From Thermoplasmatota archaeon (lineage in GTDB: Archaea > Thermoplasmatota > Thermoplasmata > UBA10834): a DNA stretch of 64,000 nt. A program made the translations under genes and the position numbers. The notes under the pieces are model-generated. The model worked only from the letters and a program-made list of their open reading frames with translations, searched no databases and was not told where the DNA came from. The stretch is from assembly GCA_040751795.1 (NCBI GenBank), contig JBFMHR010000003.1, positions 64,001-128,000 on the forward strand, given 5' to 3'. This document shows, one piece after another, positions 9,376-18,988 of this stretch; the first letter of the stretch is position 1; every line of letters starts with the position of its first letter.

Positions 9376-9387
9376 GATATATAATAC
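9376..9387 (-). promoter_or_regulatory. Putative TATA box of the ileS-like gene
   Basis: Minus-strand GTATTATATATC about 125 nt upstream of the start codon. Confidence 0.5.
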
Positions 9388-9598
9388 CTAGTCGCGGGCG
9401 ATGGACGCTATTGGTCATCGGCGCTGCGGGCGCGCCCGGGCCCGTGACTAGGCGTGTCATGGCACGGCCCGCGCATGCTGGCCTGTTGCCAGGGCCGCAG
9501 GGCCTCTAAGAAAGTAATATATAACAGAGGACATATAGCGCGCCAGCGTGCAATCCATGGCCCGGGGTGGTGCCCAGGGCCAGATGGGGTGAACACGG

Positions 9599-9769
9599 AT
9601 GGAAGAGCCCTTGTGCAACGTGGAGTTTCTGAAGAGCAACGCCTCGTACGTGGCCAGAGTACAGAGCGACCTGGGCGGAGTGAGGGAGTACAGGAGCGCC
9701 TCGTTGGAGGAGATACTTGAGCAGGTGATCATAGACCTCCAAGAGGAGTTCGAGGGCGCGCGCCTTTAA
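9599..9769 (+). CDS. Small acidic hypothetical protein, 56 aa (not in ORF track)
   Basis: MEEPLCNVEFLKSNASYVARVQSDLGGVREYRSASLEEILEQVIIDLQEEFEGARL; GGGGTGA SD; BRE/TATA-like AAGAAAGTAATATATAA near 9510-9525. Confidence 0.75.
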   Translation: MEEPLCNVEFLKSNASYVARVQSDLGGVREYRSASLEEILEQVIIDLQEEFEGARL

Positions 9770-9892
9770 GGCCGCGCACGGGCATTGGAACGGCAGCGGG
9801 TCGACGGAAAGGGTTCGTCGGAGCCGAGTTCATCCCCGAGGGCGTCGGGAGCGGGCACCACAGGCCGAGGCGGACCCAAAGGGGGCGACTGA

Positions 9893-10234
9893 ATGGAAGA
9901 GAAGGACAAGAAGGAGTACGAGGAGATCATCTCGTCCTACTACGGCGAGGACCAGGTCGCCGCGCTCGTGAGCTTCAAGATAGACACCAAGGGCTCCGAC
10001 ACGGTGGCGCAGAAGATCGCGGGGTTCGACCACGTCGAGGACGTGTTCCTGGTGACGGGCGACACCGACATCATCGCCAAGGCCAGGTTCCCCAACTACG
10101 CGTCCCTGAAGAAGTTCATAGTCGACGACGTCGCGGGCATAGAGGGCGTGAAGGAGACCAAGACATTCATGGTCGTCACGACGTTCAAGGAGAGGGGCAA
10201 GGTCAGGGAGCCCGAAGAGGAGCAGAAGGAATAG
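9893..10234 (+). CDS. Lrp/AsnC ligand-binding (RAM) domain protein without HTH
   Basis: VEDVFLVTGDTDIIAK...IEGVKETKTF pattern. Confidence 0.85.
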   Translation: MEEKDKKEYEEIISSYYGEDQVAALVSFKIDTKGSDTVAQKIAGFDHVEDVFLVTGDTDIIAKARFPNYASLKKFIVDDVAGIEGVKETKTFMVVTTFKERGKVREPEEEQKE

Positions 10235-10278
10235 GCGCCCCCTGCTCACCGCGCAGCCATTCACAGAGGTGGTCGTTC

Positions 10279-10533
10279 ATGGATATGGAGACGAGGCTCA
10301 GGCAGATAATGGAGGTGTTGGACCAGCTTGCGGACGACAACTCCGTACCGAGGAACATAAGGCGCGGGGCGACCCAGGCCAAGGAGCGGCTCTCGCAGAG
10401 GAGCGAGGCGCTCGACATCAGGAGCGCCAGCGCGATCATGATACTCGACGAGCTGGCGAACGACCCGAACATACCGCTGCACGGGCGCACGCTGATCTGG
10501 AACATCATCAGCCAGCTCGAGACGGTCAAGTGA
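10279..10533 (+). CDS. UPF0147 family protein
   Basis: DNSVPRNIRRGA and LDELANDPNIPLHGRTLIWNIISQLE signature. Confidence 0.9.
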   Translation: MDMETRLRQIMEVLDQLADDNSVPRNIRRGATQAKERLSQRSEALDIRSASAIMILDELANDPNIPLHGRTLIWNIISQLETVK

Positions 10534-10538
10534 AACCT

Positions 10539-10610
10539 GCGGCTGTAGTCTAGTGGTTAGGACTGAAGCTTCCCAAGCTTTAAGCCCGGGTTCGAATCCC
10601 GGCAGCCGCA
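10539..10610 (+). tRNA. tRNA-Gly(CCC), no intron, CCA not encoded
   Basis: Acceptor stem GCGGCTG/CAGCCGC, anticodon arm GAAGC-TTCCCAA-GCTTT (CCC at 10572-10574), T arm CCGGG-TTCGAAT-CCCGG. Confidence 0.95.
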
Positions 10611-10629
10611 CTCATACCCCGCGGCCGGC

Positions 10630-11046
10630 TCATTGCAGGTTCAGCACCGCGACCTTCTTCTCCTGGTTCATCTCGCGGGTCGACCTGACGCCGTCCAGCC
10701 TCAGCACCCCTATCTCGTTGGACACCCAGGCCTTCCCCCTCAGGAGGTGGCCGCCGAATGCCCTGTGCTCCCTGTCCGCGACCGAAACGTGGATGTGCAC
10801 CCTGTGTTCGCCATACCCCGAGATCACGCCCTGTATCGACAGGAGCTCATGCGGCTCTGGAAATGCACGGCTGACGTACTCCCCCTTGTCGAAGTACCCG
10901 AGCTCGAAGTCGCTTATCATCCCCACGCCCGTGCATATGAGCATCGTCGACCGCGAGTCCCTGACCGACTTGAGTATCGACTCGATTATGTCCTCGCCGT
11001 CGTCGAGGCGGAGGATGTGCATCTGGCCGCTTCTGGACTGCTGCAT
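10630..11046 (-). CDS. PPC/DUF296 domain protein
   Basis: LRLDDGEDIIESI, ELLSIQG, HIHVSV..., FGGHL; GGAGAGG SD before ATG 11046. Confidence 0.88.
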   Translation of the reverse strand: MQQSRSGQMHILRLDDGEDIIESILKSVRDSRSTMLICTGVGMISDFELGYFDKGEYVSRAFPEPHELLSIQGVISGYGEHRVHIHVSVADREHRAFGGHLLRGKAWVSNEIGVLRLDGVRSTREMNQEKKVAVLNLQ

Positions 11047-11211
11047 CTGACCTCTCCCGTGCCTGTAGGCGCGTGCCACCCGAAGTACCTACGCAATGCG
11101 GGCGCGAGGGAACAGGCCCCGGTGCGCATCGGCCCGGTTCGTTGACCGGCGCGTCAACCGCGAAACCAGGTTCATATAGCGCCCTCCGGCTACGAAGATG
11201 CCGGTGAGGAA

Positions 11212-12603
11212 GTGGTGGCTCGGAAGCTGGTCATAGCGACGGTGGCATTCGCCATGCTCGCCTTCCCGATGACGACGCCCTTGGCCTCGGCCGACGGTAT
11301 GACGCACGTGTACGACGATGTCTACGATGACTGGAGCCTCTCGGCCGAAGAGACCCAGTACGGGATGATCAACCTGGTCGGAGGGTCGGAGAGGCTCCTG
11401 CTCGCCATAAGGGTCGACAGCGACACCCTGGCCTCGGCGGACCAGGCGGTGTGGATATTCACCGTCCCTGGGGACCCCGACCAGATCGAGGTCGACCTCA
11501 TGCCCGCGGTAAGGGAGATATCCGGCGAGCCGTTCTCGCACACGGCCAGGAGGGAGTTCTGCGAGAACCTCGTGATGGGCTACGGCACTCAGCTGTACCC
11601 CGTGGCCGCGCTCCTCCTCACGCCATCGGTGAGCCCGAGCCTCCTCCTGGGCGATGACTCGAAGGACTACGGACCCGGGGTCGAAGTCTCCACCCACATC
11701 GAGTCGCGCGGCATGACGATGGAGGTCGTCTCCGCCCAGTACGCCGATGCGCTGGAGGCGTACCTGCTGGGCCTGGGACTGGAGCTGGACGAGGGGTCGG
11801 CGTCCCTGATCGGCGAGTATGTCGGGGACGAATACGCCTTCGTCGTCTCGTGGATCTCGGACGTCGAACAGTTCAGTCTCGACGTGCCGATGCAGTACGA
11901 CCGCTCCACGGGCGAGTTCTACTACGAGCTCGGCCTCTTCGCCGAGTTCCCGACGGACCGTGTGTTCTACCCGCTCAGGCTGACGAGTGTCTACGGCGAG
12001 AGGGTGGTGCCCATGCTGCTGCAGGTCCTCGGCTTCGTTCAGACGGACGCCGGCGCCGCCGACTACGGCCCGCTGGACATCGCCGTCGAGCACAAGGTCT
12101 CCCGCTACTACTCCATCTCCCCCGAGCTGAGCCCGTTCTTCACGGCGGACGGGAACAGCACCGTCGACGAGTACATGTTCCTTCAGAACTTCAGGTACAC
12201 GGAGGTCGTGATCAAGGCCCCCTCGGAGCTGCTGGAGGCGGACCTCTGGATGGTGCCCGCGTCGTCCACCTCCCTGGACGTGCAGCTGTGGGTGACTGAG
12301 AACGGGTTCCTCGCCTCCCTGATGGTCGTCCTGGGGCTCTCCTCGCTGGCAGGGGTCGTCTCCGGGGCGCTCGTGTTCGCACCCCACCGCCCGGTCCTCT
12401 GGAAGTTCGCTGTCCTCGGGCTTGCGAACGTCCTCACGGTCGTCGGGCTCTGGTTCGCCGCCAGGACGCTCGAGGTGGAGCGCACGATGACGAGGCCCGA
12501 GGTGCCTGTCCCGGCCAGCCCCTACAGGGCGGACTTCCTGTTCGTCTACAGCTTCGTGTTCCTGGCCTCGGTGACCATGGTCCTCATGGCGTTCTGGGCG
12601 TGA
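11212..12603 (+). CDS. Secreted/membrane-anchored protein, DUF2330-like, with C-terminal TM helices
   Basis: N-terminal signal peptide, acidic extracellular region (AVWIFTVP, FYPLRLTSV), about 3 hydrophobic C-terminal segments. Confidence 0.6.
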   Translation: MVARKLVIATVAFAMLAFPMTTPLASADGMTHVYDDVYDDWSLSAEETQYGMINLVGGSERLLLAIRVDSDTLASADQAVWIFTVPGDPDQIEVDLMPAVREISGEPFSHTARREFCENLVMGYGTQLYPVAALLLTPSVSPSLLLGDDSKDYGPGVEVSTHIESRGMTMEVVSAQYADALEAYLLGLGLELDEGSASLIGEYVGDEYAFVVSWISDVEQFSLDVPMQYDRSTGEFYYELGLFAEFPTDRVFYPLRLTSVYGERVVPMLLQVLGFVQTDAGAADYGPLDIAVEHKVSRYYSISPELSPFFTADGNSTVDEYMFLQNFRYTEVVIKAPSELLEADLWMVPASSTSLDVQLWVTENGFLASLMVVLGLSSLAGVVSGALVFAPHRPVLWKFAVLGLANVLTVVGLWFAARTLEVERTMTRPEVPVPASPYRADFLFVYSFVFLASVTMVLMAFWA

Positions 12604-12617
12604 GGCGGTTGGCCGCC

Positions 12618-13823
12618 CTAGGCCTGCTCGAAGACCTTCGAGATCCGTTCCATGGCCCAGTCGACCTCGGCCTTGGTTATGACCAGCGGGGGCGCGAACC
12701 TGATGGTCTTCTCGTGGGTGTCCTTCGCGAGGACGCCCTCGGCCATCAGCTTCTCGCAGATCGGCCGGACCGTCTCGCCGGGCCCGAGGTGGAACTCGAC
12801 GCCTATGAGGAGGCCCTTGTACCTGATGGCCTTGATCTTCCTGGTCTTGACCTCCTTCAGCCTCTTGACGAAGTACTCGCCCATCTCCTTCGACCTCGCG
12901 TCGAGCTTCTCGTCGACCAGGACGTCCAGCGAGGTGCTGGCGATGGCGCACGCGAGCGGGTTGCCCCCGAAGGTGCTCCCGTGGGAGCCAGGTGTGAAGA
13001 CGCCCATGAGCTCCTTGGTGGAGACGCACGCCGACACCGGGTAGAGGCCGCCGCCGAGGGCCTTGCCCACGCAGAGAATGTCGGGCTTGATCCCCTCGTG
13101 CTGGAACGCGAACATCCTGCCCGTGCGCGCGAACCCGGTCTGTATCTCGTCGATGATGAGGAGGACCCCGTTCTTGTCGCACACGCGCCTGAGGTCCTTG
13201 AGGTACCCCGGGGACGGGACGTTGATGCCTGCCTCCCCCTGGATCGGCTCGACGAGTATGCCGATGGTGTTCTTGTTGATGGCCGCCTCGAAGGCCTTCA
13301 CGTCGTTGTAGGGGATCGTGACGAAGCCCGGGGCGAACGGCCCGAAGCCCTTCTTCGAGTCGGGGTCGGACGAGAAGCTGATGATGGTGGTCGTCCGGCC
13401 GTGGAAGTTGTTCTCGCACACGATGATCTCCCCCTTGTCCTCGGGTATGCCCTTCTTCGTGTGGCCCCATCTCCTGGCGAGCTTGATGGCTGTCTCCACC
13501 GCCTCGGCCCCTGTGTTCATCGGGAGGGCCATCTCGAGGCCGGCGAGGTCGCAGAGCTTCTTCAGGAACGGGCCCATGCGGTCGTTGGAGAACGCCCTTG
13601 AGGTGAGCGAGACCCTCTTCATCTGTTCGACGGCCGCCTTCACTATCTTCGGGTGGAGGTGGCCCTGGTTGATGGCCGAGTAGGAGCTCAGCATGTCCAT
13701 GTACTTCTTGCCCTCGACATCCCAGACCCAGACGCCCTTCGCCTTCGATACCACGACGGGCAGCGGGTGGTAGTTGTGGGCTCCGTAGCCCCTCTCGAGT
13801 TCGATATAGTCCTTGGCCTTCAT
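12618..13823 (-). CDS. rocD: Ornithine--oxo-acid aminotransferase
   Basis: GAHNYHPLPVV, YSAINQGH, EPIQGEAG, DEIQTG, GKALGGG, HGSTFGGNPL; start ATG 13823. Confidence 0.95.
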   Translation of the reverse strand: MKAKDYIELERGYGAHNYHPLPVVVSKAKGVWVWDVEGKKYMDMLSSYSAINQGHLHPKIVKAAVEQMKRVSLTSRAFSNDRMGPFLKKLCDLAGLEMALPMNTGAEAVETAIKLARRWGHTKKGIPEDKGEIIVCENNFHGRTTTIISFSSDPDSKKGFGPFAPGFVTIPYNDVKAFEAAINKNTIGILVEPIQGEAGINVPSPGYLKDLRRVCDKNGVLLIIDEIQTGFARTGRMFAFQHEGIKPDILCVGKALGGGLYPVSACVSTKELMGVFTPGSHGSTFGGNPLACAIASTSLDVLVDEKLDARSKEMGEYFVKRLKEVKTRKIKAIRYKGLLIGVEFHLGPGETVRPICEKLMAEGVLAKDTHEKTIRFAPPLVITKAEVDWAMERISKVFEQA

Positions 13824-13926
13824 GCGATCGTCCTCTCGCAGGCCGGCTAGGCCTGCGGCGTCCAGCGGATTGCGTCCCGGTCTTAAAATGATTCCAAGGC
13901 ACACCCGCCGAAGTAGCTGCCCGTGC

Positions 13927-14514
13927 TCAGGGGGCCCTGCGCGCGGGCTCCGCCAGCATCATGACGGAGACGGCCGCCCCCCAGGCCATCGCCGCCAGGA
14001 CGGCGAGCGTCTCCGTGAACGGACCGATGCCCATCCCCAGGAGGACCAGGCCGGAGGCGAACGCGGCGGCCGAGGCTGCCGTGCCCGGACGCCCGAGGGC
14101 GCCGGTCAGGTGGAAGGCGTAGGCGATGGCCCCGAGGGCCGCCAGGAGGGTCAGGAAGAACGCTATCGAGAAGGCGAAGTGCGTGTCGCCGTAGTCCTCG
14201 GTGAATATGCCGACGTTCACCAGGAGGGCCCCCGCGACCGCGAGCAGGGCGCACGCGGCGCGGGACGGGGCCGGCCTGCCGAGCAGCGGGTACAGGCCGA
14301 TGAGGGAGAAGGCGAGGATCAGCGCCCCCGAGATCATGAGCGCCGAGTTGAAGGCCCACGCCGCGGGGCCGACCCCGAGGTCGCTCAGGTAGTCCTCAAG
14401 GAACGTGTAGCCGGGGTCCTGCGTCGCGGCGACCGAGTACAGGACCGAGAACGCCACGACCGCCAGGAGACCGCAGGCGGCGCCCGCCCTGTAAGGGATA
14501 TCTGTGACGCGCAC
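13927..14514 (-). CDS. DUF998 family membrane protein
   Basis: Multi-TM; YLSDLG...FN and VGIFTE...H motifs. Confidence 0.75.
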   Translation of the reverse strand: MRVTDIPYRAGAACGLLAVVAFSVLYSVAATQDPGYTFLEDYLSDLGVGPAAWAFNSALMISGALILAFSLIGLYPLLGRPAPSRAACALLAVAGALLVNVGIFTEDYGDTHFAFSIAFFLTLLAALGAIAYAFHLTGALGRPGTAASAAAFASGLVLLGMGIGPFTETLAVLAAMAWGAAVSVMMLAEPARRAP

Positions 14515-14564
14515 GGTCCCAGGATTGCAGTGCAGAGGTATAACGGTAGCAGCGTGGCGGGCGG

Positions 14565-16355
14565 TCAGAGCCGCGTGTTCCTGGGGACGGTCTTGACCAC
14601 GCCGTAGACGGGCTTCGGCAGCGCCCTCTCCAGCCCGTCATCGGCCATCGCCGGCTTCGGGAAGCTGTACACCTTCGCGGGAGTGGTCTGGACCTCCACG
14701 TGGACCTTGTAGTAGGCCCTGACCATGAGGGTCAGGAGCGACAGGACGTACGCCCCGGCGACCACGAGGGACATCTGCCAGAGGTAGGTCCAAATCGACA
14801 CGATTGCAAGGGCCGACAGGGCTGCGCCGGAGATGGTCCACGAGACCAGGCCCACTATGATGTCCCCGGACTCGGACCGGACGCCGAGGTTGGAGTAGTT
14901 GACGTGCCTGACAACCTCGGAGACCTCCATCCTTACGACGAAGTACACCGCGATGGCCATCACCAGCCCCAGCAGCACCAGGACGACGTGCAGGGGCGAG
15001 TCGACCAGGAGTATCGCCGTCGAGAGGACGACGAACGAGACCAGGAGGGCACCCGTCATCTTGGCCCCCTTGAAGACCTTGAGGGTGGATGGGAGGATGA
15101 CCTTCCCCAGGGTCCTGGATATGACTGCCGCGGAGAACTTGACCGGCCTCGGCACGATCCTCCCCGCGGCGTTCGCCAGCGCGGCCGAGTGCTTCACGAG
15201 GGCGGGTGATATGGCGCTCATCGCGAAGCAGAAGGCTCCCGCGAAGGGGTTGAGGAGGCTCCCCATGGTCGCGCCCTGGACGTTGCTCCCGACGCTCGCG
15301 TAGAGTATCGATTCGACGCCCCTCCCCGACGCGCTCGTGCCAATGGTCATGGACGCCTTCGGCGAGAAGCCGAGGAAGTGCGTCACGGAAGACATCACGA
15401 ACACCTCGTAGAGGATCACGAGCGGGATGGCGATGGCGACCATCCATATGACCTCCGGGAACTTGGCCGGGTCGATCATCATCCCGAAGGAGGTGAAGAA
15501 TATGGCCACGAAAGCGTCCTTGAAGGACTCGAGCTTGGAGCGTATCCGGACGGAGACGTTGGTCTCCGCGAGGATCATCCCTATGAAGAACGCCCCTATG
15601 ATGGGCGGGACGTTCATGACGGCGGCGAAACCCGATGTGAGGAAGACTATGCCCAGCGCGAACAGGATGAACATCTCGTCGTTCTCGATGCTGTTGAAGA
15701 ACGAGACGACCTTCGGGACCGCCCACACCGCTACCCACACGAAGAAGGCGTAGAAGGCGCCCACCCCCAGCAGGAGCTTGCCGTACTCCGACGGGTCCGC
15801 CTCGGGCCTGACGATCATCCCGCTGGCGACGGTCAGTATGAGCATGGCGATGAAGGTCTCGACGACAACGAGGCCGATGAGGAACTCGACCTCCGGGCTC
15901 GACATCCGCTTGAGGTCGAACAGCACCTTCATCGCTATGCTGGTGCTGCTCATCGCTATCACACCCGCGAGGAAGATGGAGTCTATGAGCGGCCAGCCCA
16001 GGAAGGACGCGAACACGAAGCCCACGAAGAGGCCGACGCTCGTGTCTATGACCGCGAGGATTATCGCCGGCGTCCTGGTCTTCTTCAGCTTCGAGAAGGA
16101 GAACTCGAGCCCGACGAAGAACATCAGCATCACGAGGCCGACGAATGACAGCATCTCGATCAGGCTGGTGTCGGTAATGAGGCCGTCGTACTGGTAGCCG
16201 AGGATGTTGAGGCTGATCTTGGGGCCGATGAGTATGCCGATGGCGATGTAGCCGATCATGACGGACTGGTTGGCCCTGCGCGCCATGGTCGCCGCTAGGA
16301 ATGCCAGGAGCATGATGGCGCCCATCTGGAACAGCAGCTGAGCCTCGGTGTCCAT
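14565..16355 (-). CDS. Cation:proton antiporter (CPA2/KefB-like) with extra C-terminal membrane domain
   Basis: MFFVGLEFS, MSSTSI, GAFFIG, KDAFVAIFF..FGM; start ATG 16355. Confidence 0.88.
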   Translation of the reverse strand: MDTEAQLLFQMGAIMLLAFLAATMARRANQSVMIGYIAIGILIGPKISLNILGYQYDGLITDTSLIEMLSFVGLVMLMFFVGLEFSFSKLKKTRTPAIILAVIDTSVGLFVGFVFASFLGWPLIDSIFLAGVIAMSSTSIAMKVLFDLKRMSSPEVEFLIGLVVVETFIAMLILTVASGMIVRPEADPSEYGKLLLGVGAFYAFFVWVAVWAVPKVVSFFNSIENDEMFILFALGIVFLTSGFAAVMNVPPIIGAFFIGMILAETNVSVRIRSKLESFKDAFVAIFFTSFGMMIDPAKFPEVIWMVAIAIPLVILYEVFVMSSVTHFLGFSPKASMTIGTSASGRGVESILYASVGSNVQGATMGSLLNPFAGAFCFAMSAISPALVKHSAALANAAGRIVPRPVKFSAAVISRTLGKVILPSTLKVFKGAKMTGALLVSFVVLSTAILLVDSPLHVVLVLLGLVMAIAVYFVVRMEVSEVVRHVNYSNLGVRSESGDIIVGLVSWTISGAALSALAIVSIWTYLWQMSLVVAGAYVLSLLTLMVRAYYKVHVEVQTTPAKVYSFPKPAMADDGLERALPKPVYGVVKTVPRNTRL

Positions 16356-16513
16356 CTCCGCACGTCCTCGTCGCGTCTTACGCGGGGATGATGCCACCTA
16401 ATTCACGGAGAATCGGTTTGCATCCCATCCGGCTGGTCATCGCCATCGTCCGTACTTATAATTTATCCGGGACGCGGCCGAGCCAGTCTTCCGAACGTCT
16501 AGTAGCTACGCTA

Positions 16514-17569
16514 CTAGCCGACCGAGGGCGGGAACAGCAGGAGCAGGACGATGTAGAGGACGTAGAGCGAGCCCGAGGCCAAGAGGGTCCTGTACTCCAC
16601 CCGCTTCTTGATCTTGACCGAGTAGTAGATCCAGAAGGCGGCCGCGAGGGCTATCACCATGCTGGCGATGTTGATCGGCTCGAGGGACCACTCGGTGAAG
16701 AGGAGGCCGATGCTGACCGGGAAGCTGCTCTGGAACACCATGGCGCCGGTGATGTTCCCCAGCGCGAGGGTGTCCTTCCCCCTGAGGTACCATATGACGC
16801 TGTTGAACTTCTCGGGCAGCTCGGTGGCTATCGGGGCGATCAGGAAGGCAAGGATCATCGGGGCGACTCCGACGGCGGCGGACACCATCTCCACCTCCTC
16901 GACGAAGAACTTCGCACCGATTATGATGCCCATGAGCGAGGCAGCCACCTGGAAGAGGATCATGACCATGCCGAAGTCGCTCTTGGCCGGCGAGATCTTG
17001 AAGAGCCTCCCGGTGTAGAGCGCCGGGCAGGCGCCCTCGCTCATGTCGGAGTCCTCCTTGAGGAGCTGCCAGATGTACACCACGTACATGATCATCAGGA
17101 AGCCCGCCGCGCCGAAGTTGATGAGCGAGCTGTCGAATGAGTCCTGGAGCCCCAGGAGGCCGCAGACCAGGGCGATCATGTACATGCCCATGAAGAACCT
17201 CAGGTCGCGCTCGGCGTGCCCTGACTTCAGCACCAGGCAGCTGTTGCGCTTCCCCTTGCTGCAGGCGTACCATATCGCGACACCGCCCACGAGCATGGCG
17301 AGCGTGCCGAGCATGAACGGCGCGCCGAGTATGGCGCCCTCCCCGATCTCCTCGCCCTCCTCGGCGCTGCCGAGGAATATCGCGATGAGCGGGATGATGG
17401 TCTCGGGCATCGCCGTCCCGACCGCGGCGAGTATGCTCCCCGTGGCGGTCTCGGCCAGGCCGAGCTTGCAGCCCAGCCATTCCACACCGTTCACGAACAC
17501 TTCGCAGCTCAGGAGGATTATCGCCAGGGCCGCGATGAGGATCCCGATTCCCAATATGTCGACCGCCAA
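16514..17569 (-). CDS. Sodium:calcium antiporter (CaCA/YrbG family)
   Basis: Alpha-repeats GTAMPE and ATELPE; ALGNITGA. Confidence 0.9.
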   Translation of the reverse strand: MAVDILGIGILIAALAIILLSCEVFVNGVEWLGCKLGLAETATGSILAAVGTAMPETIIPLIAIFLGSAEEGEEIGEGAILGAPFMLGTLAMLVGGVAIWYACSKGKRNSCLVLKSGHAERDLRFFMGMYMIALVCGLLGLQDSFDSSLINFGAAGFLMIMYVVYIWQLLKEDSDMSEGACPALYTGRLFKISPAKSDFGMVMILFQVAASLMGIIIGAKFFVEEVEMVSAAVGVAPMILAFLIAPIATELPEKFNSVIWYLRGKDTLALGNITGAMVFQSSFPVSIGLLFTEWSLEPINIASMVIALAAAFWIYYSVKIKKRVEYRTLLASGSLYVLYIVLLLLFPPSVG

Positions 17570-17686
17570 TGGGACACCCGCGGCGGACTATTGCCATGCG
17601 GTACTTAAACCATTCTGACGGACACCCGCCCGGCCCGGGCCGCCGCCCCCATGGCACCTCCCATAAGTGTTAAGTAAGGACATGGG

Positions 17687-18988
17687 ATGATAGGCTACTG
17701 GATGTTCAGCGTCCTCAAGTCCCGGGGCGTCCGCACCCCATGGCACCTCAGGGTCCTCTACCTCTCGACCTTCCTCCTGAGGACCGCCTTCGGCGCGCTC
17801 CTGCTCCTCATCGCCAGCTACGTGCCCTACGACAACGATTACGAGGCGCTCCTGAACGTCGCCATAATCGCGGTCCCGTACCCCCTCGCCGAGATGGTCA
17901 CGGCCAACTACTTCGGCTTGGTGAGCGACAGGACCGGCAGGAAGGTCATCATAGTCGCGGGGACAGGCCTCGCGGCGGTGGTCGTCGCGCTCTACACCCT
18001 CTCCAACAACGTCTGGTACCTCGCGACCATGCACGGCATCCACGGCATCGGCGCGGCGGCGACGGTCGCCCCCGCCATAGCCATGATCGCCGACCACGCG
18101 GAGAGCTGCGACCGGGGCCGCCAGATGGGGTGGTTCGACTACTCCACGTTCCTGGGCTACATAATCGGGGCCGTCGTGGGCGGCTTCATGATCGACTTCA
18201 CCGGCCCGACGGCGGGGTTCCTCATCGTGGCTGCCCTGCTCGGCGCGTCGGCCGCGATGCTGCAGCTCCTCGTCAAGAAGGAGAAGCCCGTGGTGAAGGC
18301 GGCCGCCATGGAGGGGTTCCAGGCCCTGAAGAAGGTCTTCCGGATCAGGGAGATAAGGCTGATGTTCCCCATCTGGCTCATAATCGCGACCATCCTCGGG
18401 CTGGCGATCACCTACCTCCCCAGGATCATGCTCAGCGAGGATGTGTCGGGGAGCACCATCGGCATAATGTTCGGCGCGGCCGGGGTCGCCCTCGGCCTCC
18501 TGCAGCCGTTCTGGGGCAAGGTCTCTGACATCGTCGGCCGTGTCCCGGTGATGGCCTACGGCGTGTTCAGCATATTCGGGATAGTCGTGATGGTCCTCGG
18601 GTTCTCGGAGTATGCGTTCGAGATGACGGACGAGGGCATCGAGTTCAAGCTCTTAGGGATGATACCGCTGGCCATCCTCGGCCTCGGGGCCGGGGCGTTC
18701 GTCCCCGCGGCGCTCGCGATGATGGCCGACTCGTCGGACGAGGAGTGCTACGGCGCGACCATGGGGCTCTACTCGTTCGCCCTCGGGTTCGGGGCGTTCA
18801 TCGCGGAGAGCCTGGGGCTGGGGATAATAGTCCTGAGCGGGGCGGCGCAGGAGGACGAGATGGCGCCTGTCTGGCTGCTCTACCTCGCCGCCGTGCTCAT
18901 CGGGCTCGCGGTGGTCCTCATGATCTGGTTCTTCCTCGCGAACGTCGTGTCGAAGAGGCTCGCCGCGAGAAGGAAAGTGCAGAGATGA
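17687..18988 (+). CDS. MFS transporter
   Basis: About 12 TM; motif A GLVSDRTGRK and GKVSDIVGR. Confidence 0.9.
   Translation: MIGYWMFSVLKSRGVRTPWHLRVLYLSTFLLRTAFGALLLLIASYVPYDNDYEALLNVAIIAVPYPLAEMVTANYFGLVSDRTGRKVIIVAGTGLAAVVVALYTLSNNVWYLATMHGIHGIGAAATVAPAIAMIADHAESCDRGRQMGWFDYSTFLGYIIGAVVGGFMIDFTGPTAGFLIVAALLGASAAMLQLLVKKEKPVVKAAAMEGFQALKKVFRIREIRLMFPIWLIIATILGLAITYLPRIMLSEDVSGSTIGIMFGAAGVALGLLQPFWGKVSDIVGRVPVMAYGVFSIFGIVVMVLGFSEYAFEMTDEGIEFKLLGMIPLAILGLGAGAFVPAALAMMADSSDEECYGATMGLYSFALGFGAFIAESLGLGIIVLSGAAQEDEMAPVWLLYLAAVLIGLAVVLMIWFFLANVVSKRLAARRKVQR

Noticed and set aside
10539-12603. tRNA-Gly as an integration site for an island
   Set aside because: No integrase and no duplicated tRNA 3' end noticed; flanking genes have ordinary composition.
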